In this document: positions 12,801-25,059 of the stretch, piece by piece
Position numbering within the stretch: the first letter of the stretch is position 1
How the letters are laid out: every line of letters begins with the position of its first letter
DNA from: Neoechinorhynchus agilis
Lineage: Eukaryota > Animalia > Acanthocephala
Length of the DNA stretch: 64,000 bases
Direction of reading: 5' to 3'
Assembly: GCA_051530055.1 (NCBI GenBank)
Contig: CM121342.1
Location: forward strand, 10,679,480-10,743,479
Notes under the pieces: generated by a model
The model's database searches: none
What the model was told of the DNA's origin: nothing
What the model saw: only the letters and a program-made list of their open reading frames with translations
Program-made: the position numbers and the translations under genes

Positions 12801-13971
12801 GCTTTGGATAGAACCTTTTTATACAAAGCTCTTGAGGAGCTAAAAATTCCTCTGAATCTTATAAAAAAATCAATTACTTACTTGAATCAAAGTCCTTTTA
12901 TTATGAGGTGGATCCCTCAAAAACCAAATTCTTTTCCCGCTTGGGGGTCCCCCAAGGCTCTTTACTATCCCCTATTCTCTTCCTTATCTGCCTTATTTTT
13001 ATCTTTAAGAAATTGAAACTACCCAGGGGTATCTTTCCTCTTATATATGCAGACGATATCTTTCTCTTCTGCAAGGCCAGGTCTTGTCCCTCTCTTTTAT
13101 GCAACATTCAAGCAGCTCTGAGTACCCTTAGCTCAGAGTTGAAATTGGCTAATCTAGCCACCAATACGAATAAAACCTTTTTTATCCCCCTCACTAACTC
13201 GCTCTCTTCTTGGAAAGTTTTAATCAATAATTTAATTAAACACCACAATTTTAACTCCTCCAACATTAAGAAATTTACCAGGGTTCTAGGAATCGACTTC
13301 CCCTCCAAGACATTTAGATTTTAATTAATTCTTCGATTAATAATACCTTTCTAAAAATCAAATATGTTCTTAATAGAGCCAGATATCTTGATTTGAATTT
13401 TAACATTATATTAACCGTTCTAAAAACTCTCATTGGAGGATCCATCTGTTTTTTCGGGAGAGGTCGCCCTCCTGAACTTAGGTTTGCCTTCTTTTTTAGA
13501 TGTTTTAATAAGCTTCATAAACTTTTATCAAATTATAATCTTATCCATGAGCCTCTTTTATCTTTCCTCTCACGCTTATTTTTGGGAAAAATCTTATTCT
13601 TCCCTTCATTTTCTAATAAAGGTAAGTTCTTTATATCTAATGAACAGGTATTCTACTTTCCCTCTCCTTCTAAGCCTAACTTCAGCGCACAATGCTCCAA
13701 CACAATTCGATTGGAATTCAATGATGCACACACTTTTTTTACAATAAGTAATTTCTTAATGGATAAAGATAGGAAATGGTTAATGGCAAGAAAGTAATAC
13801 TACCAGGATAAAAGATTAATCTGGTCTTTTGGACCTCCGAGGTGGTCTGAGATCGACCTAATACCTGAGGTTCAACAGAGCAGACGAAGGACCAACGATA
13901 ACTTCTAGACTAACGAAAAATCCTAGTTGTTATCTTACTAGTTGTATGGCCGTGTTAAATAAATAAATAAA
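9828..13971 (+). mobile_element. AT-rich LINE, family B, full length (4.14 kb) with frameshifts
   Basis: ORF1 9949-10779 has three CCHC-type knuckles (CQKCSVWGH...CIFCAGSH...CANCGKRH). Decayed APE ~11160-11900. RT 11901-13797 (LDLNKAFD, GVPQGSLLSP, YADDI). (AAAT)n tail. TSD attaagtaaa 9818-9827 / atcaagtaaa 13972-13981. Confidence 0.9.
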
Positions 13972-14005
13972 ATCAAGTAAATGCAGTTGAATACTTATCA
14001 CACAT

Positions 14006-16056
14006 CGCGAACAAGCGTTCGTTCATGCGCTCTAATATAGTTGGGAACAAAAATTGCGCTAAAGCGAAACCAAAGGAAAAGGTACCACCAGATCCTCCGG
14101 ATATTCGAGGGAGAATTATGATAAAGAACAACAACAAGGTTGATTTGTCTGCAAGTGAGAAGGGAGTTCTCGCCGGTAGGCTTCGGTTAAAGCCCGTGGC
14201 ACATCCCCGTTTAAAGCATTACATCGTGAACCCACTAGTCTTGATTTTTTGGTTCCATCCTCAGACTCTTCTCCCCCGCCCAACTGGGTGAGCAATTCTC
14301 CATCTTTCTTAAGAGAATCTCTCAGCCCTCAGAAGCTGGGTCACATTTCTCATGACGATTTGGTTCCTGGTCTTATCAAAGAAATTAACCAACTAAAAGA
14401 ACTAGTGAGCTCTGTTATCCAAATTATTAAAATAAATTTCCTGGCCATCCGAAATAAAAATGACAATTCGGTTTATACAATTAACGCAGCAATTAAAAGG
14501 TCACACTTCCCTCCTCTCAAGGAAACTGATTTAATAAGCAAGCGAGGGAGATCCTCATCGTTCTCCGAGTAAATGACTAGATCCCTGGATTCACCTTCTC
14601 AATCTATAATGCTTCTAGAGGTTCATACCACCCTTCTAAAATTTTTCAAATTGTATCAGATACTTTGGCAGATATATTATTTTTTCAAGAGTCGGGATTT
14701 CGTACTCTTGTTAATCTACAAATATATTAAGTTGTCGTGCTGAATCCCATGTCATCCTAGGGAAACTTGTTAATGGGCTTCTCCGGTGGTTTACAAATTT
14801 TTGTTAAAAAGTCCCTAAAACCTAAAATGCTATTTCAACTCAAGAATGATATATTTGCAATACAAAAAATTGCTATTAGGAACCCACTTTCCTCTATTAA
14901 TCCATCAACAGGCGAAATACTCACCATAGCAAATTTTTATGTCGTGCCTCGGAAAGCGAGCTGCTTTATAAAGAATTACATAAATATAATTACCTTATGG
15001 GACCCTGACATCATTTGTGGTGATTTTAACAGCAATGGCCTTTGTGCCTTTATTTCCTTTTTCAGGGAATATCGAGTGCTCCTCTCTGAGTATGCATCCT
15101 TTCATAATTATACTAAGAACCATCATTCCTTTTCGGAGGGAGCTTTTATCACAACATCGATTGGGTCTAATTCTTGTCCTATCATCCAAGCTCAATCTCA
15201 ACAATATTTAGGACATGATTTTATTCGACGTTGATCGAATTAAATCTAGAAGTCGTCTTGAGGCCAATACTCGATCCATTGAAGAATTTAATTCCCAAAT
15301 ATACTCGCTCTTATCATCTAACAACACTATTACTTTAACAAACTTAAATAATATAATTACTACCGCTATGAATACTCATCTCACTAAATATCGTTTTATT
15401 AAGACAAACTTTATGCGCTCCAGCAGCTTCCTGCTGCAGCGAATCAGCGCGGCGATCCAACACGGCAATGCCGCGGCCATCAAGGAAGCTGCCGAACAAT
15501 CATAACGTATGAGTGTGTAATGAATAATAATAATCTAAATAAGCAAATTTTTTTGATAAATATTCTATACTTGCCAATTTGAGAAATGATGTGACCCTCC
15601 AGAAGGATGCTATTTCCAAATTCTTTTCTACAGTGCATTATGATTCCCTCGCTCGGGATAAAAAGCGACTTTTATCAGTGTCAGCGTTCACTAAAGAATT
15701 TTGGAATAAAATTCTTAAACGGATATTTATTTCTTGGAAATATTTGGCTGTAAATTGGATTGGGACAATTTCTTACCCAGCAGTAGTCGAACAAATTCTT
15801 AATGCTCACACATTCTCCACTTTCCTGCACCCACCTTTGTCTACCTTCACTGATAAACATTTTAGTTGGTACTTCACTACTGCCGAGCTTTAAAAATTCT
15901 GGAAAATTAATCCCTCTAGGGCAAATAACTTTTCTTGTTTCTCCCTCTTAAGTTTTTCATTAGTCTCCGAAGGGAATAAGATCTGTTTCTCTGAAAATTT
16001 TTACGACAAAATCAATATAAATGACTTAATCGAGATGAATATTGTCAGGAAAATTA
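14006..16056 (+). mobile_element. AT-rich LINE, family C, 5' half with deleted ORF1 and no RT core
   Basis: APE motifs IANFYVVP and ICGDFNS (14767-15234). The linker is homologous to family B (AVNWIGTISYP vs AANWIDSISYP). It breaks off at 16056 into the PLE remnant through ttaac microhomology. Confidence 0.8.
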
Positions 16057-16248
16057 ACTGAACGAGGCGATTAAGTAAATGCAGTTGAATGCTTATCACA
16101 CATTCGAAACATCAAAATCAATTTAATTTCCACAGTTCATAATGTGATTGGCTATTGTTGAGGAAGCATCGTAACGCCTAAATGCTTTTTTCTGTGTTGT
16201 GCGATCCCTTTCTTTAGTCTTGGTTTGATTTCTACCACAAATTTAGCT
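16055..16248 (-). mobile_element. Penelope-like GIY-YIG 3' remnant (target region)
   Basis: Same sequence as 33085-33280, whose minus strand reads as a degenerate GIY-YIG segment. Confidence 0.6.
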
Positions 16249-16249
16249 G

Positions 16250-19200
16250 GGCGCCTTTATTTTAGCAAATCGTCCATAACGTAACTGTCACAAAGCATCT
16301 ATTTTGAAATAACGGTCAGAGTGCATAACGATGAGACTCGAGTTTTCTACATAAAGCCCTTTCTCGGTTTGTGTTCACACAAAAAAATCGTTTTTTCGAT
16401 AGAAAATTAACGAATTTGACGGTTATTTGAATTGATGAATTTGCGCATCAAGGAAAATGGTTATACGCGCAAATTTAGAATTTCGCTTCGCGCGTGATAA
16501 AACTATTGATACGAGATGCTTCGAGCCGCCTGATGGCGGTGATGTGGATTACTTAGAGATGATGGATGTCAATAAGGAGAAGGGTTGTTTGCGTGAGAGT
16601 GGGGCAGGCAAAAGAATGCCTGCCGATGTTGCTGTATATAATGTTAAGGGTAATGAGATCGCCCAAAGGGTTTCTATCCTTGGAGAGGACAGTTTGTTTC
16701 CAGTTACTGATGAAGTTATGAAAAATAAGGTTTCTCTCAAAAAATGGTACTATTTTCCGAAAAATGTCAAACTCATTTCGTTAAATATCTGTCTGAAAAA
16801 AGATCCCTTAAATGGATTTCTCTAAGAAATGCAATGTTCTCATTCAGAATAGTCCCCCAGAAATGGACTAAGAAGCAAAAAAATATATGGGTGATAAGTT
16901 AGGAATAAGTTTTCTGAAGTATCTGTTAAAATCGAATTCCCAATTACCTTATGGAATGTTATGTCAAATTGATATAGACAACGCTACCAGACGGGCCGAT
17001 ATTTTTAAGAATATCGTGGCTAAATCAAAGTCGGTCTACCCTCTATGCTCCAGTCGGAGGACTCCAATATCCCTCAACAGTCGACATCTTCAAACGATCT
17101 AATTTCTCCAAATCGATCTGCAGCCTCTTCGCAAATTAAATTTTTCCTCAAATCGAGAAAGTCAGGACTTCCAATTTCTAAAATCATGGTGAAAGGCGAT
17201 AAACACGTACGGGAACACACTTTGCGAGCAATCCTCTTATGCTTTCAACTGCTTCGAATCACTTTTCTCGCTTAAATCAGGATCGGTTCAAGACGACCAC
17301 ATTTTTCCTCAATGCAATTTTTGTCGAACATGGGGCCACTTTGCTCAACATTGTCCTGACCCTGCTTCTCCAAGATGCAGCAATTGCGCAAAAACTGACC
17401 ATGCATCGGACAATTGTCCCAACAGAGACAATAAGCGATGCACGAATTGCAATTTACCACGCCCCGCTTTCTACAGAGGATGCCCAGAATTCAAAACGTA
17501 TTGGCTATGGACTATTAGTAAAGATCATAATGTTACACCTCGATACCGCTCCTTGTATCCTCCAACAACAACTTCAATGCACTCGGCACCTCTCACCTTC
17601 TGCCACTTCGTGCCCCAATGTTCGGACTTCATCAACTCAATTTTTGCACGTCGATCAATTTGAGCGGCGTCTGGATGAAGTTTGTAACAGGCTTTTCACC
17701 ATGATACAAGCCCGACTCACAGAAGCGATCACTACACTCAAAAGGAAGATCAGCCCTCTCCTCAATAATTTGGACAATCTTCCGAATTTACTTTCCTCAT
17801 GCATTCCACTTGCGGATAACTGTGCACGTAAAAGGGTTGGTAATTCGGACTTGGATACTCAAAGTTTCAAAAACAAGCCATAACACCCAATCTGTTCCCA
17901 TCTGAAAATCCTGATTCCCTTATGGACGTCGAGGTATCAGACGCTAAATTCGTCACTAACATCATCGCGAATCAATCCTCGATTATCAAAAATTGCACTG
18001 CATCCCTCACATCCAATGGAGCTGCCAGAATTCTATGATGACTCAATGGCTCAGGTAACTGTGATGGATCTGAGGGTGCTACAATGGAACTGCGGTGGGG
18101 CGACAAATTTAGCCAGACTAGCTTGTTTTATATCAGGTGTTTCGATTTTCTTCATACAAGAAACCAAAAGCATTTTTAATTCAGATCAACTATATACTAA
18201 TTTCCCCCAATTCCACTCTCCCTTTTTCACTTTTTTATCACTACTCCAGTACCTCATGCTTCTCAGGTACCTTTATCGGGTTTCCAATCAACCCTAAACC
18301 CCAAGTTAATTTCGTCATTTTCCTCAATTGACATGCCACTTTTTTATAATTTCCTTCAATGAAAAAATTATCTCTCGTAAATCTTTACATCAGACCAAAC
18401 TTCATTCACAAACCTTCCATTAAAAATAAAGTGAAGTGGATCCTCAAAGCCAACATAGATTTTATCGTTGTGGATCTCAACGATCCATCTTTAAAATGGA
18501 CAATCTGCCATTAATTCCGTGAAGTCTTCCCATAATCTAGCCATACACACCTCGCCCTCCTTTCACAATCTCACCACTAACGTCCATTCTTTTTTAGACC
18601 TTCGATTCAAGTAGATTGACAAATTTCTTCTTTTGACTTCCTTGGTCATGATATTTTATTTTGGTCTCTTGGTCCTAGCAATGTTTTACGTAAAGTCTAT
18701 CACAATTCTCCACTCAATGTTGCCTTTTTCGGTTTTGTTAGTCGGAATCTCCTTGGTTTCTTTTTTACTAAAAATAACCGTCGTCATACTCTTCCTTATG
18801 TCAACAACGCCCTTAATTCAGTTGCTGAGACGAATCACTGGCGATTCGACTAAAGGAGCATTCCTTCTACGCTGCATCCGTCCTTTCGACCGTTACACCA
18901 GGACGGCAGCTGAGTGATCCAGAGCGGTGGTGTGAATGATCTTATTGTTTAAAATAAAGATCGCAATTGAAAACTTTAAAATTCCATTTTATTTTATACT
19001 GTAAGATCCTTCTCTCGTCCATACGAAAGCCGTTCTCTTCGCTTTCTTGGGCGGCAACTTTTCTTAGTCAATCGTTCCCCCTCCTGGTTAAATTTGTTAT
19101 CGAATCATTATTGGGGTGCCTGGTGCCGAATTCATCAACAAAAGGACGCGGACCTTCTTGCTGACCTACAAACTTTCACATCAAAATGGTGGAACACTTC

Positions 19201-19891
19201 CCAGAGGAAAAAACTGACACCTTGGAAATCCAAGTTATCTTCTTGGATGAAATCGTCGCCCTTAGAGAACATTCTTAGCTCCGTGTTTGGTTTTCACTCC
19301 ATAAGATGCACCAATAAAAGGCCGAATATTACCTTTCGTTGAATTCCACTTAATCGTGTGGATCTGAATCCAAATGACATTGTTGAAGCTTGATTCACCA
19401 AACCGAAATTAGCATCTTCAAACTCTCATTCATGCACTAAAATTCTTGCACTTCTTCCCCGCGACTGCATCGCGAAATTAGCTAATCTAATGCTTATTTG
19501 CTCTCCTTTCGGCTAGCGAGATATCAACACTTCTCGTCGTATATTTCTTGTCAAAAACGGAAAGAAATTGGTAACTCAGACAAGCGACCTTCGCCCGATT
19601 TCCATTCAAAACCCGTCTGTTACTATCTACGAACGAGCATTGGCTATACGTTTAAATATCTTCCAAAATGAACACAGGTTTATCTCGCACCGTTGTCACG
19701 GCTTTCACAAGGGTAAATCTGTACATTCCGTTGTGGCTGATATTTATTCGAATTTCTCTAACTCCACACGACTGATTCGGACTATCATTACTGTCGATAT
19801 GTCCCAAGCTTTCGACAGGATCTTCCTCTCTTTCATTACCCAAATCTTGGAATTTTTTCAATGTGCCGCACAATTTTATCTCTCGAATCTA
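16250..19891 (+). mobile_element. AT-rich LINE, family D (mosaic, 3' truncated)
   Basis: A frame overlapping ORF 17239-17883 encodes CNFCRTWGHFAQHC...CSNCAKTDH...CTNCNLPRPAFYRGC. APE starts LQWNCGG...IQETK (~18060). RT 19568-19880 (DLRPISIQNP, CHGFHKGKS, VDMSQAFD). Confidence 0.8.
18815..18960 (+). mobile_element. Short CRE-like 3'-end fragment inserted in family D
   Basis: gagacgaatcactggcgat...ttacaccaggacggcagctgagtgatccaga is shared with the CRE 3' end at ~60885-60985. Confidence 0.7.
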
Positions 19892-20468
19892 CAACATCTT
19901 ATTCACGAAATCTTTTTATCATGAAGATGACCCAAGCGTCCGTGGCGTTTGGCAACGTTTATGGGTCAAAAGAATCCGTCCAAACATGCCATGGGAAAAA
20001 ATCCCAAGAGACGCTTAGCAGACACGAGATCATGCCGCTCCAGCGCCTCACCCAAGTACCGGCTATTCCGATTCTCGCCTTTCAACATCTTATTCACGAA
20101 ATCTTTTTATCATGAAGATGACCCAAGCGTCCGTGGCGTTTGGCGACGTTTATGGGTCCGAGAATCCGTCCAAACATGCCATGGGAAAAAATCCCAAGAG
20201 ACGCTTAGCAGACACGAGATCATGCCGCTCCAGCGCCTCACCCAAGTACCGGCTATTCCGATTCTCGCCTTTCAACATCTTATTCACGAAATCTTTTTAT
20301 CATGAAGATGACCCAAGCGTCCGTGGCGTTTGGCGACGTTTATGGGTCAAAAGAATCCGTCCAAACATGCCATGGGAAAAAATCCCAAGAGACGCTTAGC
20401 AGACACGAGATCATGCCGCTCCAGCGCCTCACCCAAGTACCGGCTATTCCGATTCTCGCCTTTCAACA
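19892..20468. repeat. Three tandem ~191-bp units
   Basis: Units start at 19892, 20083 and 20273, are bounded by caaca microhomology, and differ at only a few positions. Confidence 0.95.
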
Positions 20469-22920
20469 CATATAGCGATCTTTCGGAATGCGGTAAAATC
20501 GCGTTGAAGTCACCGGCTATTAGGAGGGTGTCTCTGTTCGGTACATCATATAATGCTTAGGCTAGATTTCCATAAAATCCTTCAACCGCCTCTTCATCCG
20601 ACGAGGAGGTCGGTAAATACACGCCAAAAGCATAGAGATTTCTCGACCGAAGCTTTATGCTGACACGAAGGATTCGGTCAGCTATAATATTGCGGGTCAA
20701 AAACGCTGAAACATTCACAGTTGATGGGCTGCCAACCGACCACAAGTTGGTGATGTGTCAGTTGAGCATGAGTGACTCGTTGTTCCGTACGCCTCAACAT
20801 CCTCCACGTCCGTTCTATGGCGCCCTCGCTAATGAGGAGAAGAGGAAAGAGTTCGATATCGAACTAGAGAATCAACTGAGCTAGATGCCAGCTGCTGAAA
20901 CGGATATTGATTTTTATTACAAGTCAATCTGCGACGCAGTGACCGAAGCGGCCGAGAAAACCCTCCCAAAAATGAGGCATATAAAAGCTGCAAAGGTTAT
21001 ATGGCAGGAGGACTGTGAATTTATGGCAATGGCTGAGCAGATCAAAACTCTAAGAAAAAGAGGAAAACGATCTGAGGCTCGCATTGCAAGTCTTGAACTT
21101 GCCAACCTCTGTAATGAAAAGCAAAAAGCATCGATAGAGGATGCAGTTCGTGGGATCGCATATAAGGAAGGTTTTGTTCGTACCTCCTTAGCATGGGGAG
21201 CGATAAACACTCTCACAGGAAGATCCCAAAGACAGCCAACTTTGGTTGAAGGTCCCTCCCCGGAAATCAGAAAAAAGAGAATCGCAAATTATTTTGCGGA
21301 AATTCTCAATTCGCCATTATCGTCTTTGGAAGTGAATCCTGTACTTCCAAAAGGCACAATCATCCCAAGCCCTGGGAAGCGATCGCTGCGGCGAAAATGA
21401 TGCGTGCGGGACGTGCATCAGGCCCAGATGGGATAATGGCAGAGGTACTGAGGTTTGAATCTATTGCCAGAAAAATCATACCGATAATGAATGGCATAAT
21501 GAATGGTGGTTCAGTACCTCAAATCTGGCAAACGGCGCATTTAACAATGATCCCCAAGAAATGCTGCTCGACAAAGGTGGAGGACTACAGAGGTATATCC
21601 TTGATGTCCAACACGGCAAAACTTTTCAGCAGCATTTTGAGGCGCCGAATTCAGCCAATCCTCGAACCGTTTCTAAGAATTGAACAGAACGGCTTCAGGA
21701 AAGATCGATGCACTACGGAGCACATATTGGCTTTGAGTAGGATCCTCGAGGAGGAAGGAATTCATCAAACGGATGTGACGCTGGTATTTGTTGATTTCCG
21801 TCGAGCTTTCGATTCGGTAAATCGAACAATGATTGGCGGTATCTTAAAGGAGTATGGAGTGCCGCCGATCATTGTCACATCCTGTATGGCATTATATAAA
21901 AAAACAAGGTCCGCCGTAAAGACAGCTGACGGTTTGACAGAACACTTTTCCACCACTTCAGGTGTTCTGCAGGGCGACACATTGGCTCCTTTCCTCTTCA
22001 TCTTGGTGCTTGATTGGGTAATGAGATGGGCACTACCGAATGATGAAGATGGATTTCTTCTGTTGAGGAAAAGAGGTCGCAGGTATCCTGAGATACGCGC
22101 CTCCTACATGGCATATGCCGACGACATCGTATTGATGTCCTCAACAGTCGAAGGAGCTCAACGCATGCTAAATAGACTGTGCGAGAGGGCGAGTATGATT
22201 GGTCTGACCATCAACTTGAAAAGGACGGAATTCTTGACGATTCCGCATGTCGCGCATACAATCTCTGGCGAAGGGCCGAATGGCGTTGAGCAATTAAAAC
22301 AGATAGAGCGGTATGTCTATCTGGGAGCTGTCGTTCCTGAGGTGAGTGCGGATGTCAGCCGACGGAGAGCTATAGCTTGGAGAGCAATGGGACAACTTAA
22401 GCCACTGTTTGACAGTGAGTCTTTGCCAAATGAACTGCGTTCGCAGCTGTTCAGGGCTCGAATTGAGAGCATTCTCTACTACAATGCAGAGACCTGGACA
22501 ATGTCGCCAACGGCGACGAGGCAGTTGGACCAAAATCATTCATCTCTCTTACGTGCGGCGTTCAAGGCCAGATGGTCAGATAAAGTGACCAACAAAGCAC
22601 TGTATAAGAGAGCCGGAGTCCAACCGCCCAGTGAATATTTGCGCCGCAGACGACTGCAGTTCACGGGCAATATAATTCGGTCCGAGGCATCTTGCCCACA
22701 GGTCGTGCAACAGTTCCTTTTCTGGAAGCCAACGACATTGTATCGTAAAGGCCAAGGGAACTGTCGTACATACGATGACCTGATTTTAAGAGACGCGAAT
22801 TGCCCGCATAACAGGACTGCTGTCGTGTATTTTAGACCCCTTGCGGAGTCTAATTCTATTTGACGGGCTTATACCTACGGTGCAACGTAGGAAAGTACCG
22901 TTGCATACAATACAATACAA
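19892..22920 (+). mobile_element. RTE-clade LINE with inverted 5' segment
   Basis: Plus strand: APE end (TDHKLV), then RT ORF 21397-22863 (SGPDGI, YRGISL, FVDFRRAFD, GVLQGDTLAP, YADDI) and a (TACAA)3 tail. Minus strand 19892-20690: mid-APE (DRILRVSI, GVYLPTS, IAGDFNA). Confidence 0.9.
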
Positions 22921-23635
22921 TGTCCAAAGCAAATCGAAAAACTAGTTTGGCTAGGACGCGTTCATAGATCTAAACAAGAGAGTTCTGAATCGAAATGGGC
23001 TTAACGTCCCCTCCAGAGGCCACCTTCCTGCGCTTCTTGGTTAAGAAGATCCTTTTTGCAAAATTGATTTCTGTCCACTCTTCCGGTGGAGCGTGAATGA
23101 AGGCCTGTGCAATATCTGTTAAATTCTCTCGTGAAATCCAATTTGTGGCCTTAAAACAGGCTGACGATCCATTATTTGAGATTTTATCTTTTGAATTCCA
23201 ATAGCTAACTATATCGAGAGATTTGCCCAGAATTTGGCATCAACATGGTTGCCTTAACTCTTTGCTAACATAAGATTCCTTCCATATAAGCGGAGTAATC
23301 CAGGAGAACCGGAGTCAGTTCTCGTTCTTGCCATCGATGTGAGAAAGTCACTACTTGATGTAATTAAAAATTGATTAATATCAGCTAGAGAGGCGAAGTA
23401 TTTTGCGCAAAGAAAAACCTGAGCGCCAGATTAAATAATTGAACGTCAAGGAACCCCATTTTGAATTTTCTATTTAACAATTGGTTTGCTTTACATAAGC
23501 TTCTACATCGTTGGCTTTGAACGATTTGTTCTGAGGATCATCCTCCAAGGAGGAGTGTTGATGACATCGTTTAGCTGGCGAAGATTTCGCATTAAGAGTC
23601 ATGGAGCTTGCCCAAGATATAATATTTGTAATTGA
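22921..23635 (-). mobile_element. Family G LINE partial copy with internal deletion
   Basis: Matches 1790-2350, then jumps at ~23487 to the 3031-3180 equivalent. Confidence 0.9.
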
Positions 23636-23824
23636 GCTCATAAATGCCTCGAAATGAGAAGAGTCTTTCTTCGAGGCCTTGAATGGTCGCCGTTATCTTC
23701 ATAATCCGCAAACATTCTCAATTTGGTGGATTATGAAGATAACGGCGACCATTCAAGGCCTCGAAGGAAGACTCTTCTCATTTCGAGGCATTTATGAGCT
23801 CAATTACAAATATTATATCTTAGG
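23611..23824. repeat. Near-perfect foldback inverted repeat (~96-bp arms, ~20-nt loop)
   Basis: 23612-23707 is the reverse complement of 23728-23823 with only a few mismatches. Confidence 0.95.
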
Positions 23825-23829
23825 CTCCG

Positions 23830-25050
23830 TTTATGATGATATTCAGATTACAGCGAGATGAACTATCCATTATTCTATCGATGTTTGCCATTTCAACTTT
23901 TTTCGAACATGCTTCTGTCTTTGCGTTGAGCTATCGTGCTAAATCAGAGTCAATGAAGTTGGTTGTGCTTCCGCTGTCTACGAGTGCCTTCGATGCATAC
24001 CCTTCGATTTCTATATCCATAATTGAGTCCTTGAGTTCAGCATCATATCCTTTAGTAGCACTTGAGGCGATGGTCGAAACCGTGGCTTGCAGACCGCATT
24101 TCGTGCTGTCCTGCGATGATACCATCTTCCGCAGAACCGACAGTTTCTTTGTGCTCGTTGAATCGTAGCGACTATATATTCTTCGCTGGACGGCATCTCA
24201 GTCTGATTTTCCATACGATCTTTCGTTGAAATTGAATTAAGTATTGAATCGCGATTCCAGGGCAAATACTCGTTCGCTTGATCTTGTGCGACCTCAAGTG
24301 TTAGTGCTAGTTGAAATGCTTTGGTTTTATCGATATCATTCTACTCCAATAAACGCTGTCGAATGCTGTTAGAGCTGATTCCCGAAATAAAAGTGTCACA
24401 CAACAGCATGCCTTTTGATTGTTCAGCAGTTAGTGGTTCAAATGAGCACTTTCTTGCAAGGGTTTCTAAGCTCTCGATATATTGAGTGATCGTCTGCCCT
24501 GTTTGTTGCTTGGTTGTACACAACTTGTGACGTTGAAAGATATTGTTACTGCGCTTCACGAAAAGTTTTGAGAGAACATCGATTGCTTCTTCATATGATG
24601 GAGAGTCGACAACTCGTTCGTACACTTGAGCAGATACGCTTACTCGCAACAGATCGATTTTGTCGTTTTCGTCATGAGTATTGGAGCGTCGGAGAAACAA
24701 TTCAAATCGGTACCGCTAGTGTCGCTATAATTGTTCAGCCTCTGGGTTCTCAATCGCGATCGTCAAGACGTCTGGTTTGAAGTATTTGTCCGCCAATGGA
24801 CTATACTTGTAGTCTGAATCCATATTGATTGGACGAACGGCACACGTTTGCTTTTTTTTAGTTAATAAAATTGTTATATACCAGTTGTGAGGTTTTTATT
24901 AACTAAAAAAACAATCGTGGCAAACCACTTAATAATAATAATTTTTTATTAACAGCACATGTTTAGTTACAATTTTGTATACCGACTGATCATTTTATGT
25001 ACTCCTTCCTATTTGTACAACCATTTATCCATATTGTTCGATAACGACAT
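23830..25050 (-). mobile_element. Ty3/Gypsy-like LTR retrotransposon remnant (gag, knuckle, protease)
   Basis: Gag-like 24341-24700 (QQTGQTITQYIESLETLARKC...DTFISGI), CRFCG knuckle, and aspartyl protease ALVDSGSTTNFI (23931-24125). LTR limits are uncertain. Confidence 0.85.
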
Positions 25051-25059
25051 ATAATCTTC

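Noticed and set aside
17239-17883. 214-aa ORF as a gene
   Set aside because: The real signal (CCHC knuckles of LINE ORF1) is in an overlapping frame.
19892-20468. CRISPR array or coding tandem repeat
   Set aside because: The units are 191 bp with no spacers and derive from the antisense RTE endonuclease. The plus-strand ORFs there are shadows.
24851-24911. 18-bp-arm inverted repeat as a terminator or distinct element
   Set aside because: The arms are low-complexity A/T inside the presumed Gypsy LTR/UTR, so nothing further can be supported.
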